A stretch of 64,000 nucleotides of DNA, from positions 147,468,268 to 147,532,267 of the forward strand of contig NC_068981.1 in assembly GCF_001194135.2 (NCBI RefSeq), written 5' to 3'. The position numbers were made by a program, and so were the translations under genes. Positions 36,774 through 49,030 of the stretch are shown piece after piece. Position 1 is the first letter of the stretch. Each line of letters starts with the position of its first letter. The stretch comes from Octopus bimaculoides. Lineage: Eukaryota. Under the pieces are notes generated by a model. It did not search any database and was not told where the DNA came from. It was given only the letters and a program-made list of their open reading frames with translations.

Positions 36774-37195
36774 TGCCAAACCAGTAATATACTGCTTGAT
36801 GATATATAAAGATATAACTGGTCTATTTCTCATACTGAATGTGTTATTTTTCTAACTCATGGACAACTAACTGATAGTTTACACACTCCCTTTGCCACAG
36901 AATGTATTACAATAGGCCACCACATGGTTTGTATTTTATAGCTACTTCTCCAGCTGTGTACTTATACACAGTCACAAACAGATTTTCATTATATTATTTT
37001 TGCGGACATGGAGTTAAACAATTTCAGTTACTTAACTAAGAACATACAGCAGTTGGCATGAAACTGATGGTGACATTTTGACCAGTTATATGCTATAGCC
37101 CATAATATACTGCTTGATTATATAAAAATATAACTGCTCTATTTCTCATACCAAGTTGTGATTTTCCTCTGAATTATGACAACTGATAACACACA
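36774..37195. repeat. Diverged direct duplication of about 100 bp (36774-36880 and 37090-37190)
   Basis: taatatactgcttgat..tataaa.atataactg.tctatttctcatac shared by both copies. Confidence 0.7.
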
Positions 37196-38124
37196 CACAC
37201 ACACACGTTTGTATGTATGAATGGATGTATCACTGGCATATTTTTAGAATCTACAGATCAGTAGGTCAACTTTTGTACTTCATTGATTAGACTATAAGTT
37301 ATTGTCCAGCTACATATGTGCTTTTCTCTGATATGAAATACTGATATTGTAAAGTGTATTAAGATTTGTAAAAAGGCATTAGCAGTTAAATAATATGAAT
37401 AAATTACATCTTCAGTTTCTAACTTGTATACATAGAAACAGGTTTGGTTAAATAATAGCGTACAATAAGAAATGAAGGTTTTAATTGCATCAATCAAACT
37501 CTCCAACTGATACCAAATTACCTTATTTTTTTTGTTTTTTTTCAGAGAGGAATTAGTTTCCAATACATTTAACATTTTCAATAACAATAAACAAGTCTCA
37601 AGGATAAACGTTTGAGAAAGTTGCATAATTTTGTCATAAACAAACATTTTCTCATCTCTTCTAGTGCAGGTAGAAAAATAGCTAATAACTCTCAAGATAA
37701 AAAGAGGTGACAAGTGTATAACAATGAATATAGTTTACAAAGATGTTCTCTCTGAAGATTACGTCTTTAGTACTACTTAAGTAGACTTTTCACTATCTCA
37801 AGAGTCAAATACTTGATAGAATTTCAAAATTAATTACCTATTTTATATAAACTTACAGCAATGTTATAGTTAGTAAAATGATCACGGAATTTTCATGAGT
37901 ACTGCTAATATTAAACGTTAAAATCCCAAGATACAATTGTCATACAAAAGTTGAATCATTTCAAACTAATTCATAATATTTATTTGAAATTCACTATTTG
38001 TATCATGTATGAACTATTTAGTTTTATCTAAACCAAACTGTCAAAAATATACAGGAAATGGTAATGTAAATAACTAGCATTAAGTTGGTATTAAGATGTG
38101 AAAATTAGATTTGAAAAATCACAT

Positions 38125-38395
38125 CCAGGAATAGCTGTGAGGTTAAGAAGCACACTTGCAACCACGTGCTTTCAGATTCAGTTCCACCGTGTGGCACCTT
38201 GGGTAAGTATTTTGTACTACAAACCTGGGCTTCCCAATGTCTTGTGAGTGAATCTGGTAGCTGGAAACTGTGTGGAAGCCCATTATATATGTGTCTGTTC
38301 TCACCACTGCTAGACAACTCTTGTTGATCTGTTTATGTCGCCATAACTTAGCAGTTCAGCAAAAGAGGTAGACAAAATAAATACTAGACTTTATG
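38125..38395 (+). mobile_element. CORE SINE tail type A
   Basis: gctgtgaggttaagaagc...gtggcaccttgggtaag...cataacttagcagttcagcaaaagag. Confidence 0.75.
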
Positions 38396-38402
38396 ATTAC
38401 CT

Positions 38403-38600
38403 AGGAATATTGATTTCAAATTTTGGCACAAGGCCAGCAATTTCAACTTCAGTGCTCAACTGGCACTTATTTTATCAACTCCAAAAGGATGAAAGACAAA
38501 GTCAACTTTGGCGAAATTTGAACTCAGAAGATAAAGATGGATAAAATGCCACTAAGCATTTTGCCCAGCATGCTAATGATTCTGCCAACCTGCTACCTTA
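38403..38600 (-). mobile_element. Meta-domain-like SINE, tail-to-tail with the preceding CORE SINE
   Basis: ggatgaaagacaaagtcaactttggcgaaatttgaactcagaa...tctgccaacctgctacctta. Confidence 0.75.
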
Positions 38601-38929
38601 TGTTTACATAAGAATATTGTGAACATCTTATATCTGAAGGATTCTGGAAACTTTAACTAGTTTCGCATAGATAAAAAAGACAAAAGAATAAATGTCCAAG
38701 TAACAAGACAGAAAACACACATCCTCAGAGATATTAAAGATGTGAAGGTAAACTTACTGCTCAGGACAGAAGAACATTAATAAAGAGAAAAGATATTAGA
38801 GCAACTAGAACCAATTTGAGATGGAAAAGTATTGTATTTCATGCAAAAAAATTGTTTATTGCTCACTGGTTTTTAACACATTTTCATGTGCATTTTTGTC
38901 ACGTGCGTCACAAGCAATAGCATTATACA

Positions 38930-39170
38930 CGCACATATATGTTTGTGTGTGTATATTTATGTGTACACGTGTAAATGAACATCACCAAACAAGCAAGGTA
39001 GTTTGTTTCTAGTCTTTCATGCAAAAATATGCCTAGCCATGGAAAAACATTACCCTGCTTGGAAACAGGTGAGGGTTGGCAACAAGAAGGGCCTATGGAC
39101 ATAGGAAACCTGCCTCAACAAATTTTGTCTGACCGATACCAGCATGGAAAAGTTGACATTTGATGATGAT
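38930..39170 (+). mobile_element. SINE type B 3' tail fragment
   Basis: ttaccctgcttggaaacaggtgagggttggcaacaagaagggc...cagcatggaaaagttgacatttgatgatgatg. Confidence 0.7.
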
Positions 39171-40693
39171 GGTATACATGTCTGCACACATAACAGACTG
39201 TCTTGTAAAACACTCTCAGTTGAATAAATGGAAATTCATTAACATGTAATGTTACAGTCATATTCCTTCTTGTCTGAGGAGCCTATAGATTTCAAAATAG
39301 AACTACTGACATCTAAGAGAATTACAGGTTTCCGAAAAACTCAACACAATAGTATTTATCCATTGTGTATGAAGGTGTTATTAAAAAATTCCTTAAGTTA
39401 TTTGTTGTTGCAACACAAAAAAGAGACTTCACATTGAAAATCTAAGTAGTTACTTCATGAATAAAGATAGCTTAGCAATTAAAATATAAAATTAAAGTAG
39501 TAATTGGACATTACAAGCAGAATAGTTGGACCAATTTTAGGACTACAAGCACATATAGATGCAAGACTGAAGACACAAGAACTCTTGGAGCCAATATCAT
39601 ATCATGAATATGGTAATATTTCATGTCATCACTTATGCTAATAAATCTAATAAGCTAATAAATCTAATAAATAAAATTGATTTTGAAATGGAAAATGGAC
39701 AGCTTGTGGAAAAAGATAAACAATAACTCAATGCACAGAGTTTCTTGCTAATTATGTATATAACAAATAAAACAAAACAAAAAAAGGAAAATGTCAAATA
39801 AAAGAAGAAAGATTTGTGAACATAAAAATAAGAAAATCCTTTTATTCAGATTAAATTCATATCAGCATGAAAATGTTTAGAAAATATTTAGATATATATA
39901 ATTCAACCTAGTGCTGTGTGTTTGATTCATCATTCTTGTCAGTAAAGCATAATTTTTTTTTCCACAAACTTGATTGACAGAGAGAGGGAGGGAGGTAGAA
40001 AGAAAATAAGAGAGCAAGTGTATGTATGTATGTGATGTAACCCAAAGTCAGCTCAAATCTGGCAGGCCTATAATCAAAAATGCTCCAGGCATAACCATCC
40101 TGCATTACTTTTCAAACACTATATTTGGGACAACTTAACCCAGTATGTTGTTTTCTTTTTCAAGATTGTAGGGTGTGATTTGTGGGAAATTTTGCTATTT
40201 CTAACAGTACGAGAGACTGTAAAAGTACTGTTTTTCTTTCCCTTTTTTCGTTGAAAGGCTATATATCCAGAAATAATACTTTATTTCAAGATATAAACAT
40301 CACAACTCTGTATACAAATTCTCACAAGTTTTTTGCCAAGCCGAAAAGAAAGATGTCACTTTAGTCCACATTTTTAGTTCAACATAAGTACTTTTGAAAA
40401 TGAAATATGCATATGTAAACTGCAACAAAGTATAAGCTACATCACTGACATATTTTACAGATTCAGTCTGCTAAACACCATTTGAAATAAGTAAAATGTT
40501 AGACTAAAATTCAAAATTAAAAACAAAATTCTAATAAATTTAGATATCAAAGTAATTAGATTAACAAAAATGAAAGTAAAGAAAATTAGAAATTCAAAGT
40601 AAATCATAGGATTTCTAAACCCACATGAAGTGCTTAATATACAAAATTATACACACACACACGCACACACACACATATATATATATATATAAT

Positions 40694-41086
40694 AGGTGTA
40701 GGTATGGTTGTGAAGCTTGCTTCCCAACCATCTGGTCTTGGGTTCAGTTTCACCAAACAGGACCTTAGGCAAGTGTCTTCTATAACCCCAGGCAGACCAA
40801 AGCCTGATGAGTGGATTTTGTAGACAGAAACTGAAAGCCAATCATACATATATATATGAGCATTATATGTGTGTTTGTGTGTACCCCTGTACACATCATG
40901 TGATAATTGTAAATGAGCATCACTGTCATACAAGCAAGGCTGTTCATTACCAGTCTTCCACGAAAAATATGTCTAGTTACAGGAAATTATCTTGTTTGAC
41001 AAACTGGTGAAGGTTGTTTACAGAAAGGGCATCTAGCATCTGATCATGCATGAATGGAAAAGTGAAAGCTAAATGATGATGATGAC
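40694..41086 (+). mobile_element. CORE SINE type B, near full length
   Basis: tRNA-like head, ccttaggcaagtgtcttctata, RTE-like tail ending gatgatgatgac. Confidence 0.75.
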
Positions 41087-41252
41087 ATATAACATCAACA
41101 TTATAGCAAATTGTTCATAAAATTAAGAAATCTGAATGTAAAAAGACAAAAAAAAAAAAAAAANNNNNNNNNNAAAAAAAAAAAAAAAAAAAAAAAAGAA
41201 TAATAAAGGATGGTGAAGGTGTTAAATTTGTTTTTATTAAATCATCAAATGT

Positions 41253-41690
41253 TATTATCATCATTTTTTAAAGTTTACTTTCCATACTTACACAAGTCAG
41301 ATGAGAGCATATTGGAGCAGAGTTTTCTACATACAAATGCTCTGCATGTCATCAGTACCCCACTTGTTTCCAAGTGAGGTAATAAACTAAGATATGTTTA
41401 TAGAGAGAAATGGAAACACATGACACCATATGAATGGAAAAGATTGTGCATTATGTCAAAACATGTTAGGAAGCCCAGAAATGCTTCTGTAGTGGGTAAC
41501 AAGCAAATGACAATGTTAATGAAGCCATTGTCAACGATGGACTTCTTTCATTTTCTGTTTATCAAATCCACTCACAAGTTTTAGGCTGGCCTGGGGCTTA
41601 TAGTAGAAGACACTTGACCAAGGTGCCATATTGCGGGACTGAATCTGAAGCCACATTACTGGGAAGTGAACTTCTTAACTAACTAACCAT
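41253..41690 (-). mobile_element. CORE SINE type B, inverted relative to 40694-41086
   Basis: catcatt tail...gagcagagttttctac...aaatccactcacaag...gaagacacttgaccaaggtgcc. Confidence 0.7.
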
Positions 41691-41856
41691 CTGGTTAATA
41701 AAAATCACAAAAACTGGCAGAAAGTAAAGGAAGAAAAATCTATCAAAAACACCAGACAATGTTTTGAACAAAATATTGAAAAACTACATTCCTTCCTACT
41801 TTGAAAGTAAATGAACATATAAAAAAAAAAAATTTTTTTTTAATAAAATTCCATTT

Positions 41857-41891
<35 letters not shown>

Positions 41892-42871
41892 ACCAGATAA
41901 TTTCACACATGACCAAATAAATGAGCTGAGTTACATTGGATGAAACTTTCCTATTTATGTGTGTGCACATGTGTGAAAACAAAGACATCAAATTTAGCAA
42001 ATTATTGACATGCATTCTTAGGTTTTCTTAAACTTCAACAAGTTGTAAATTTACTCAAGATGGAAGTAAACAGAAGAAATATTGCCATCATTTTCGAAAA
42101 TAAAACCAAAGAAAACCACAACTAGATTCAAATGTCAACAGGATGTTTAACAAGATTTAGAAGGTCAATTAATCAATCAATAATCAGGAATTGATTTTTT
42201 TTTTAAAGCAGTAAAATGTTTATTGAATACTAATATAAATGATGAAATAATTGCAAAATGTAGTTGTATTGATTTTGTTAAACTTAAAGACACTTCATTA
42301 ATATTATTTCATATATAGTTAAACAATTAGAAAAAAACCCCAAAGACATTATGAATGAGATATAAGAAATCAGCTTATAATCCAATTGATTTATACTGAG
42401 TATAGTCAAGACTATTTCTCTATCAGGCCATAAAATTATGTTCCAGTAACAAATTTGAATATTAAAGATTTAGACAGTTGGATATAATAATGTTTTGAAG
42501 AACTATAATAAAAACTTTAAAAAAAGTATAAATGTTCAATGCATAACATGAAATCTTAAGCTGGCCAATTTAAAATATTCAATGCAAGCCATAAAATATA
42601 TTTTGTCAACTTAATGAAGGTGCTTCTATGTGGTTGGTTGTTCAACATGTCAGAAACAACATCTAAATCACCCTCAAATAACACCCTAATGTTTTCAAAA
42701 ATATATGGACACATTATTTGATATAGCCTCAAGTAATCTTGAATGCGGCATTGGTTATGGCTGGAATGCATTTAATCACTGAGGTGTGCTCAATAATTGT
42801 TGACATGGAGCTAAATAACAACTTCTTTGTTGATATCTAATATTTTTTTTATGAGTGTAGAGAGAGAGGCA

Positions 42872-43090
42872 AAGTGGCAAGCTAGCAGATTCACTAGTGC
42901 AATTGAACAAAATGCTTAGCAGCATTTCTCCCAACTCTTGTGTTCAAATCATGCTGAGGTCAACTTTGCCTTTCATCCTTTCACAGTCGATAATAGATAT
43001 CAGTTGGTTGGACACTGGAGGTCAATCTAACTGACTTACCCCATCCTCCTAAGACTTGTTGGCCTTATGCCAGAATTTGAAACCATTATT
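42872..43090 (+). mobile_element. Meta-domain-like SINE
   Basis: gaggtcaactttgcctttcatcctttcacagtcgataa...ctggaggtcaatctaactgactt...gaatttgaaaccattatt. Confidence 0.7.
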
Positions 43091-43311
43091 GTAGAGCAGA
43101 GAGAGAGAAACAAGCAATTAAACACAATACAAATTAAAATCAAGAGACCTATTCTTCAAAGAACAAAAACTTGGTCTGTAATAAGAAATCAAAAGGAATG
43201 ATTAACCAATTACAGAATTTCATCTAAGCATAGAGCTAGCTAGCTAGCTAACAACATGGCTCAGGCTAAAATGTACATTGCAGCCTTGTTCCATTACCAC
43301 AATATTTTTAA

Positions 43312-43540
43312 CCCTTTAGCATTTAAACTGGCTATATCCAGCCCAAATATTCCAAATATTCTACCTGTTTTATGTTCAAACTGGCCATATTCAGCCTCTC
43401 ACAACTACCCTACAATGTCATACTAAAAGTAAATATGCACATCATTGAAATCTCGATACAAAAAGATAATGCACAAATAATTCAAAACAGTGGGAATAAA
43501 TAAACATCACATTAGACAGAATAATCTGAATGCTAAAGGG
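43312..43540. mobile_element. piggyBac-type MITE
   Basis: TTAA TSD on both sides (43308-43311, 43541-43544); perfect 12-bp TIR ccctttagcatt / aatgctaaaggg; second copy at 62340-62540. Confidence 0.85.
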
Positions 43541-45999
43541 TTAAAATAAATTATGCTTGAATCAACTGCATATATTCTCCATTTTACTTCTCTGGATATT
43601 GAGAAATGTTCAAAAACTACTTTTTACATTCCAGCTTAATTCTAAAATCTTTTCAGAAAATCCACCCAAACAGGATTAAAAATTTATGAAATTATCAAGG
43701 TAATATGAAAGCCTTTATTCAGCTGCTTAACTGGTAGTCAGACACCTCAACTCCTACAGTATCATCTTTGAAAAGAAGACACATTGGATTAATTTTGAAC
43801 ATGTGACTGTCTAGCATGCGACTGGATCTGAGACTGTATTTTGAAACAAACAATTAGTGTGGAAGAATCATTTTCAAAACCACACAAAAACGATTAACTT
43901 TACTTAAGCATTTATTATTCAGTATCAAAATTTTTGTTGCATTAACTTCAACCTGGCTGCTGACACATGTAGCCCTAGATATGGTGTCTGATAAAAAAGA
44001 AAAAGACTGGATGGTCACAACTGGAGTGTCATTAATTAGTGTCAGTTTCATCCTATTTTTATTCAGGGAAATGGTGATTGATATTACATGGTCATCAGGA
44101 ATAGCAATCAGGTTTCAGATGTACAAATGAAGGTAATCTTTTGGAACTTAAGATATTAAGTAGAAATGCTGTTATCGGAGCAAAATTTATTACTAAGTGA
44201 TTGAAATGCAACATATTTCAATGCTAACATACAAAATGATGAGATACAGTCCTTATCAGCCTACGTTCTATCAAAAGTAATAGCTGAAACCAAAATGGCA
44301 ATTAATAATATCAGCAGAACTGCAATATAACCATAAATGGCAATGCAACAGAGTGATTTATAAAATTCAGCAAATTACCTGGAACAATGCCCGAAAATCT
44401 TTTAAAGATATTTCTTTGAACAATCAAAAACTTAGGGTTGTCAATAACTGTGGGTAACTCAGTCACTCTTTCAATGAAGCAAATACTATGTTGGGTGAAA
44501 TATGTGGTCTTCAAATAAAGGTTAAGGACACTATTTCAAACATATTCTTCAAACACAGCTATGCACATAATTTAAATTTGGTTTTAAGTGATACAGTAAA
44601 CTTCAATATTCAAACCAAGTTAATTTGTTGAAACTCTAGAAAGTGACAATACCATTTTTTCTTAACAGTACAAGAAGAGCAATGCAGTTATATCAGATCT
44701 GTTGTACTGTTTCTAGAGATAATTCTAATACAATATGGGCATCCAGAAAGTCAGCACTGGAGGAAGTGGTAGTTATTTTACACAGTTTTCTGAATGATGA
44801 GATACTGCACTCCTAAGCATCTAGCTGAGCAAAGAATATGCTAGAAACCCTCAATACTTCAGAATTCTCAGCTATCCTTATACTCTAGAGTAAAGTATTA
44901 GACAAAACCTTCAGTATATCCATATATTTACAAGCAAGTCATCTAGAGCTAGTAACAACCTTTCATTTGATAACATTTTGGAAAAACATGCAAAATGAGT
45001 AAAAATCTCAATTTAAGTAAATTGAAAATGAAGCAACTGAGTTCACTCCAAAATTTACATTCTTCTTAGCATGAGTCTTTGAGTGTTACGCTTAACTATG
45101 AAACAAAATCAAGAACCTAACTGAAATCTTTTACTTAATGAAACACTATTATGATTATCTATAAATTTAAAGCATTTATAAAGTCTAGAATTTCCATGAG
45201 TCCTAGTAGTGTGATATTATAGAGACTATAAAAATCCTATGATATATTGTGCAAGAAAAAGAATATTTGATACCTGAAAGTAATTATAGTTCAATTATTA
45301 TTTGTCCTTAGATTTAGTTATAGTAATATGGGTAGAAGATCTTGGTAATTTAAAAAAAAAATTGTAGTTATTCTAATTTTAAATAGGAATTTAAAATTAT
45401 TTGATATGCCTCCTAGCATTTAAGTTTAAGAGCTCATTCCACTTAACTTTAGAATCTGGCTATGGCCCTAGCAAGTTGAAATCTTCAGACAACTGTTATA
45501 ACGCTATCATGATTCACCAACATTACCCATGGATACAGCATATAACTGATTTAAGATGGAAATGGCATGCCCATTGCTTATATAGAAATATATAGATAAA
45601 AGAACAGTGAGTATATAGATAAAAGAACAGAGAAAGAACAAAAAAAAAAAAGCAATTGTTTTAAAACACTATAAATATAACATTATTCTTAATCACAAAA
45701 GATAAGTTATGTTGGAATAATTTTATGGCTCCTCACTTCCTTTTGAGAATCTGCACTTCATATGTAGTGATGTAACTACCCATTAATTAACTGTGAAGAT
45801 TAGCATGATTTAGTAGGGTTAGTAGTTTGGGAGGGGTTGGAGATTAGATATTAGTGGCAGTAATAGTTGCAAAAAATTGATAATGCTGATTTGTTATAAA
45901 CAAAACTACATTGCCTGATCACACGATTTAGGCAGTGGCTCGACAAGAGATGGAAAAGCTGGTGATGTCGACCCATTGATAACATTATCATGATTAGCT

Positions 46000-48900
46000 A
46001 ATGTGTTTGAAGAAGGATATTTAGGAGCTACTTCTTCCAATTGATGTTAACCTAACTTTTTATTTTATCTGCATGTTAATCCAGACAGCATTTCTGCCAG
46101 CAACAATCAGATAAAAAGCATCTGCAGGAAATTTCATTATTTCATTCGCAAAATGAACCGTTTGTCCAATCTCATAAAAAAGGGTTTACTGCAACTCTTA
46201 ATTGTCTGTCAAGAAATTTCTCAGCTGGAGATAACTTGCATATATCTAATACACCGCAATGTTTGAAAAGAACCTTTAGCAAATACTTCACAAACTTTCC
46301 AACTGATAGACTACATGTAACCTTTTAATGCAGACTTTGTTTGCATTTTATTGTACCATTTTATCGTACCATTAGATTTTGGATTCTAAGTAGTGCTATC
46401 AATTTTCTTGCACACAAGTTGGGTTAATCAGTCTTTTTATTGAAAAGATTCTGGACCACTGCCTAATACCATTAATACCATATGTAGAAGATGGAAAAGT
46501 GACATTTCCATACATTTCCTGAACTCTTGCTGCAGCACAAAAAGCCAAATAGTCAACTATGATCAATACAGTTCCAGAAATTTGAGTGTTTCTCAAACCC
46601 ATATATAATCTTTCCTACAGTCAAGATTCAAATTCTTTAACAGTGTAATGGTGCCTTTCAAGAATGCCTTTAAATCTGATTTTAGAACAAATGTCACAAG
46701 ATCTGACAAAATATTCAGAGTTTCTACCAAAATTAAGCCAGCATACAAGCCTTCGATTTTTTTCATTGTTTGGTGTACACCTATGTGTCTGTCATGAATT
46801 GTAGGAAGAACTTTTGCATAAGTTTAATATAAATATAGTCTTTTTTATCTATTCTATTGTTAAAATACATTTACTACAGTCAATTCAGAACAAATGATAA
46901 ATTGTCACTCTCAAAGGGTTAGTCTAAAACAAGCTTTTCTAGCAAACATAAAGAGTAAATGTGTTGAAATAATTTTTGAGGTCTTCTTCTGATTGGAACA
47001 TCAGCAAAAAATTCATGATTACTGAGGTCACAATATTGCATGAAACTGATCTTAATTACATGTTAGTCTACAAACAGCCTCAACATGATTGATGGTTTTA
47101 CGAAGTATTTTGAATAATTTAAAAATCATAATGATAATATGAGGATCCATCTGGCAATCTGCTGCTGGAAAGAAACATCATGATCATTTGTAAAAATAAA
47201 TTTCAATAGCTGATGATCAGACTCTAGTGTTAAAAATTTCTCTGAGGTATGGCTGTGTGGTTAAGAAACTCACTTTGCAATCATGCGGTTTCTGGTTCAG
47301 TCTCACTGTCTGGCAACTTGGACAAGTGTCTTCTATTATAATCCCAAGCCAATCAATGCTTTGTGAGTGAATTTGGTGGACAGAAACTGTGTGGAATCTC
47401 ACTGTGTGTGTGTGTTTGCCTCACACTCTACTGCTTGGCAACCAGTGTCTGTTTACAGTCTTATAACTTAGCAGTTCAGTAAAAGAGACCAACAGAATAA
47501 GTAACAAGCTTAAAAAACAAGTACTGGGGGTAATTGTTTGACTAAACCCTTCTAAGCAGTGTCCCAGCATGGCCACAATCCAATGACTGAAACGAGTAAA
47601 AGATTAAAAATACTAAACTACTAGATAAGCTTTATATTCAATACTGCTTAAATTTCTCTGAATACTATCATGACTAATAGGATAAATAATATATATGATT
47701 GATATATACTCTAGGCTTTATCTTTTGAGACAATTCTGCTCTTGCAAATTCAAAAGCATCAATATGATGACTTGTTTCACACTCAGTAGGAAACATTACC
47801 CAAACAGGATATTGTGCAAGAAGTCCTTTCTTTTTACTTAATAGGCATATTTTTAATGCGTCCCCATTTTTTGTCTGCTAGAAGAGGCTCAACACGAGCC
47901 TCACTTCCTTCTTTAGATTTAGGAACATTAATCTTTTCTATTAATAATGACTTGATTTCATCCTTTGAAATATTCATTCATAAGAAATCTAAAAGGCTCA
48001 ATAATTAAGGGCTTTTATTTAGATTAATTGATACATTGACGCCTTTTAGTCTAGCAATAACTTCATTTTCTTGGTTCTCCAATTTATTCAGTATTGCTAC
48101 AAAGATGAATATATTGTCATGATAGATAAATTATATCATTAATTCCTTTTAGAATAGCTTCCATATGAGGTTGTAAAATGAAACTGCTACTTTTGAGACT
48201 CATCTGAAGCTGATAGACAAAGTACAAAGCTTTGCTTGTATTTAGTGCAAGCTCTTAGAGCTCTCATCCAAACCTATCTGCCAATATACACTTTTTAAAT
48301 CAGTTGCTTCTTACATATTAGTGAGTGACTATCATTTCAAAATGAGGAACTGGAAGAGAAAATGTTTGAATTGTGTCACTTTGTAATGATTAGAAGTTCT
48401 TAATTTCTCACCTTTCTTTGATACCAAACAATTGGTGAGGTATTGTTTGCAACTCTATGCAGACATGGAATTATAATTATCATTACTTGAAGATTGTGAA
48501 GTTTATTTTCAGCTTTCTTTCTGGAGGTGTATTGTAAGTGGGCAGGACAAACAAATTGTATTTTTAATCATAATTGATACTGAAACGTTAGTGCTGTAAC
48601 CTTTTATTAGTGACCAATAATTAGAAACAGAAATATGACATGATTTTAGAGTCTCTGTACTAATTAATCCTAAATTATAAGTGTTACTAAACCACAACAA
48701 AATTGGAGTGCTGTTTTTTTAACTTCAAAGTCAAAGAAAGCTGTTGTAGTGCTAACTACTTTTAGTTTTGACTTGTCACAAGAAGTTAAATGTTTATCAG
48801 TACATTTTATGATTAATGATGACTTCATAGACAGTGAAGCTGACATGATGGAGCAGGTTGCACCAGTATCCAATTGCATTTAAACTGGATGTCCATTTAA

Positions 48901-49030
48901 ACTACAATTAACCCAATGTAAATTTGTTTTACAATTAACAGCCGAAGTTACTTTCTCATCATTGGACCGTTTAGTATTCATATCATTAACATTAGAGACA
49001 GACTTCGTAGTTTTCACCTTCAGAGTTCAC
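46000..49030 (-). mobile_element. Decayed Ty3/Gypsy LTR retrotransposon pol (PR-RT-RH-IN order)
   Basis: Protease QLDTGATCSIM (about 48870), RT DLKSVYWQIGLDESS (about 48290), integrase HDRHIGVHQT...VRSCDIC zinc finger (about 46800-46700), IVDY, PKSNG, LSPAE; heavily frameshifted; no LTR pair recognised. Confidence 0.85.
47245..47612 (+). mobile_element. CORE SINE tail type A nested in the Gypsy remnant
   Basis: ggtatggctgtgtggttaagaa...cagcatggccacaatccaatgactgaaacgagtaaaagat. Confidence 0.8.

Noticed and set aside
37258-37713. 151-aa minus-strand ORF
   Set aside because: It runs through an A-rich homopolymer (KKNKKNK), has no motif and no usable minus-strand acceptor; the strong plus-strand acceptor at 37544 leads to stops in all frames.
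45589-45630. 19-bp direct repeat tatatagataaaagaacag separated by 4 nt
   Set aside because: Most simply a local slippage duplication, with no inserted element between the copies.
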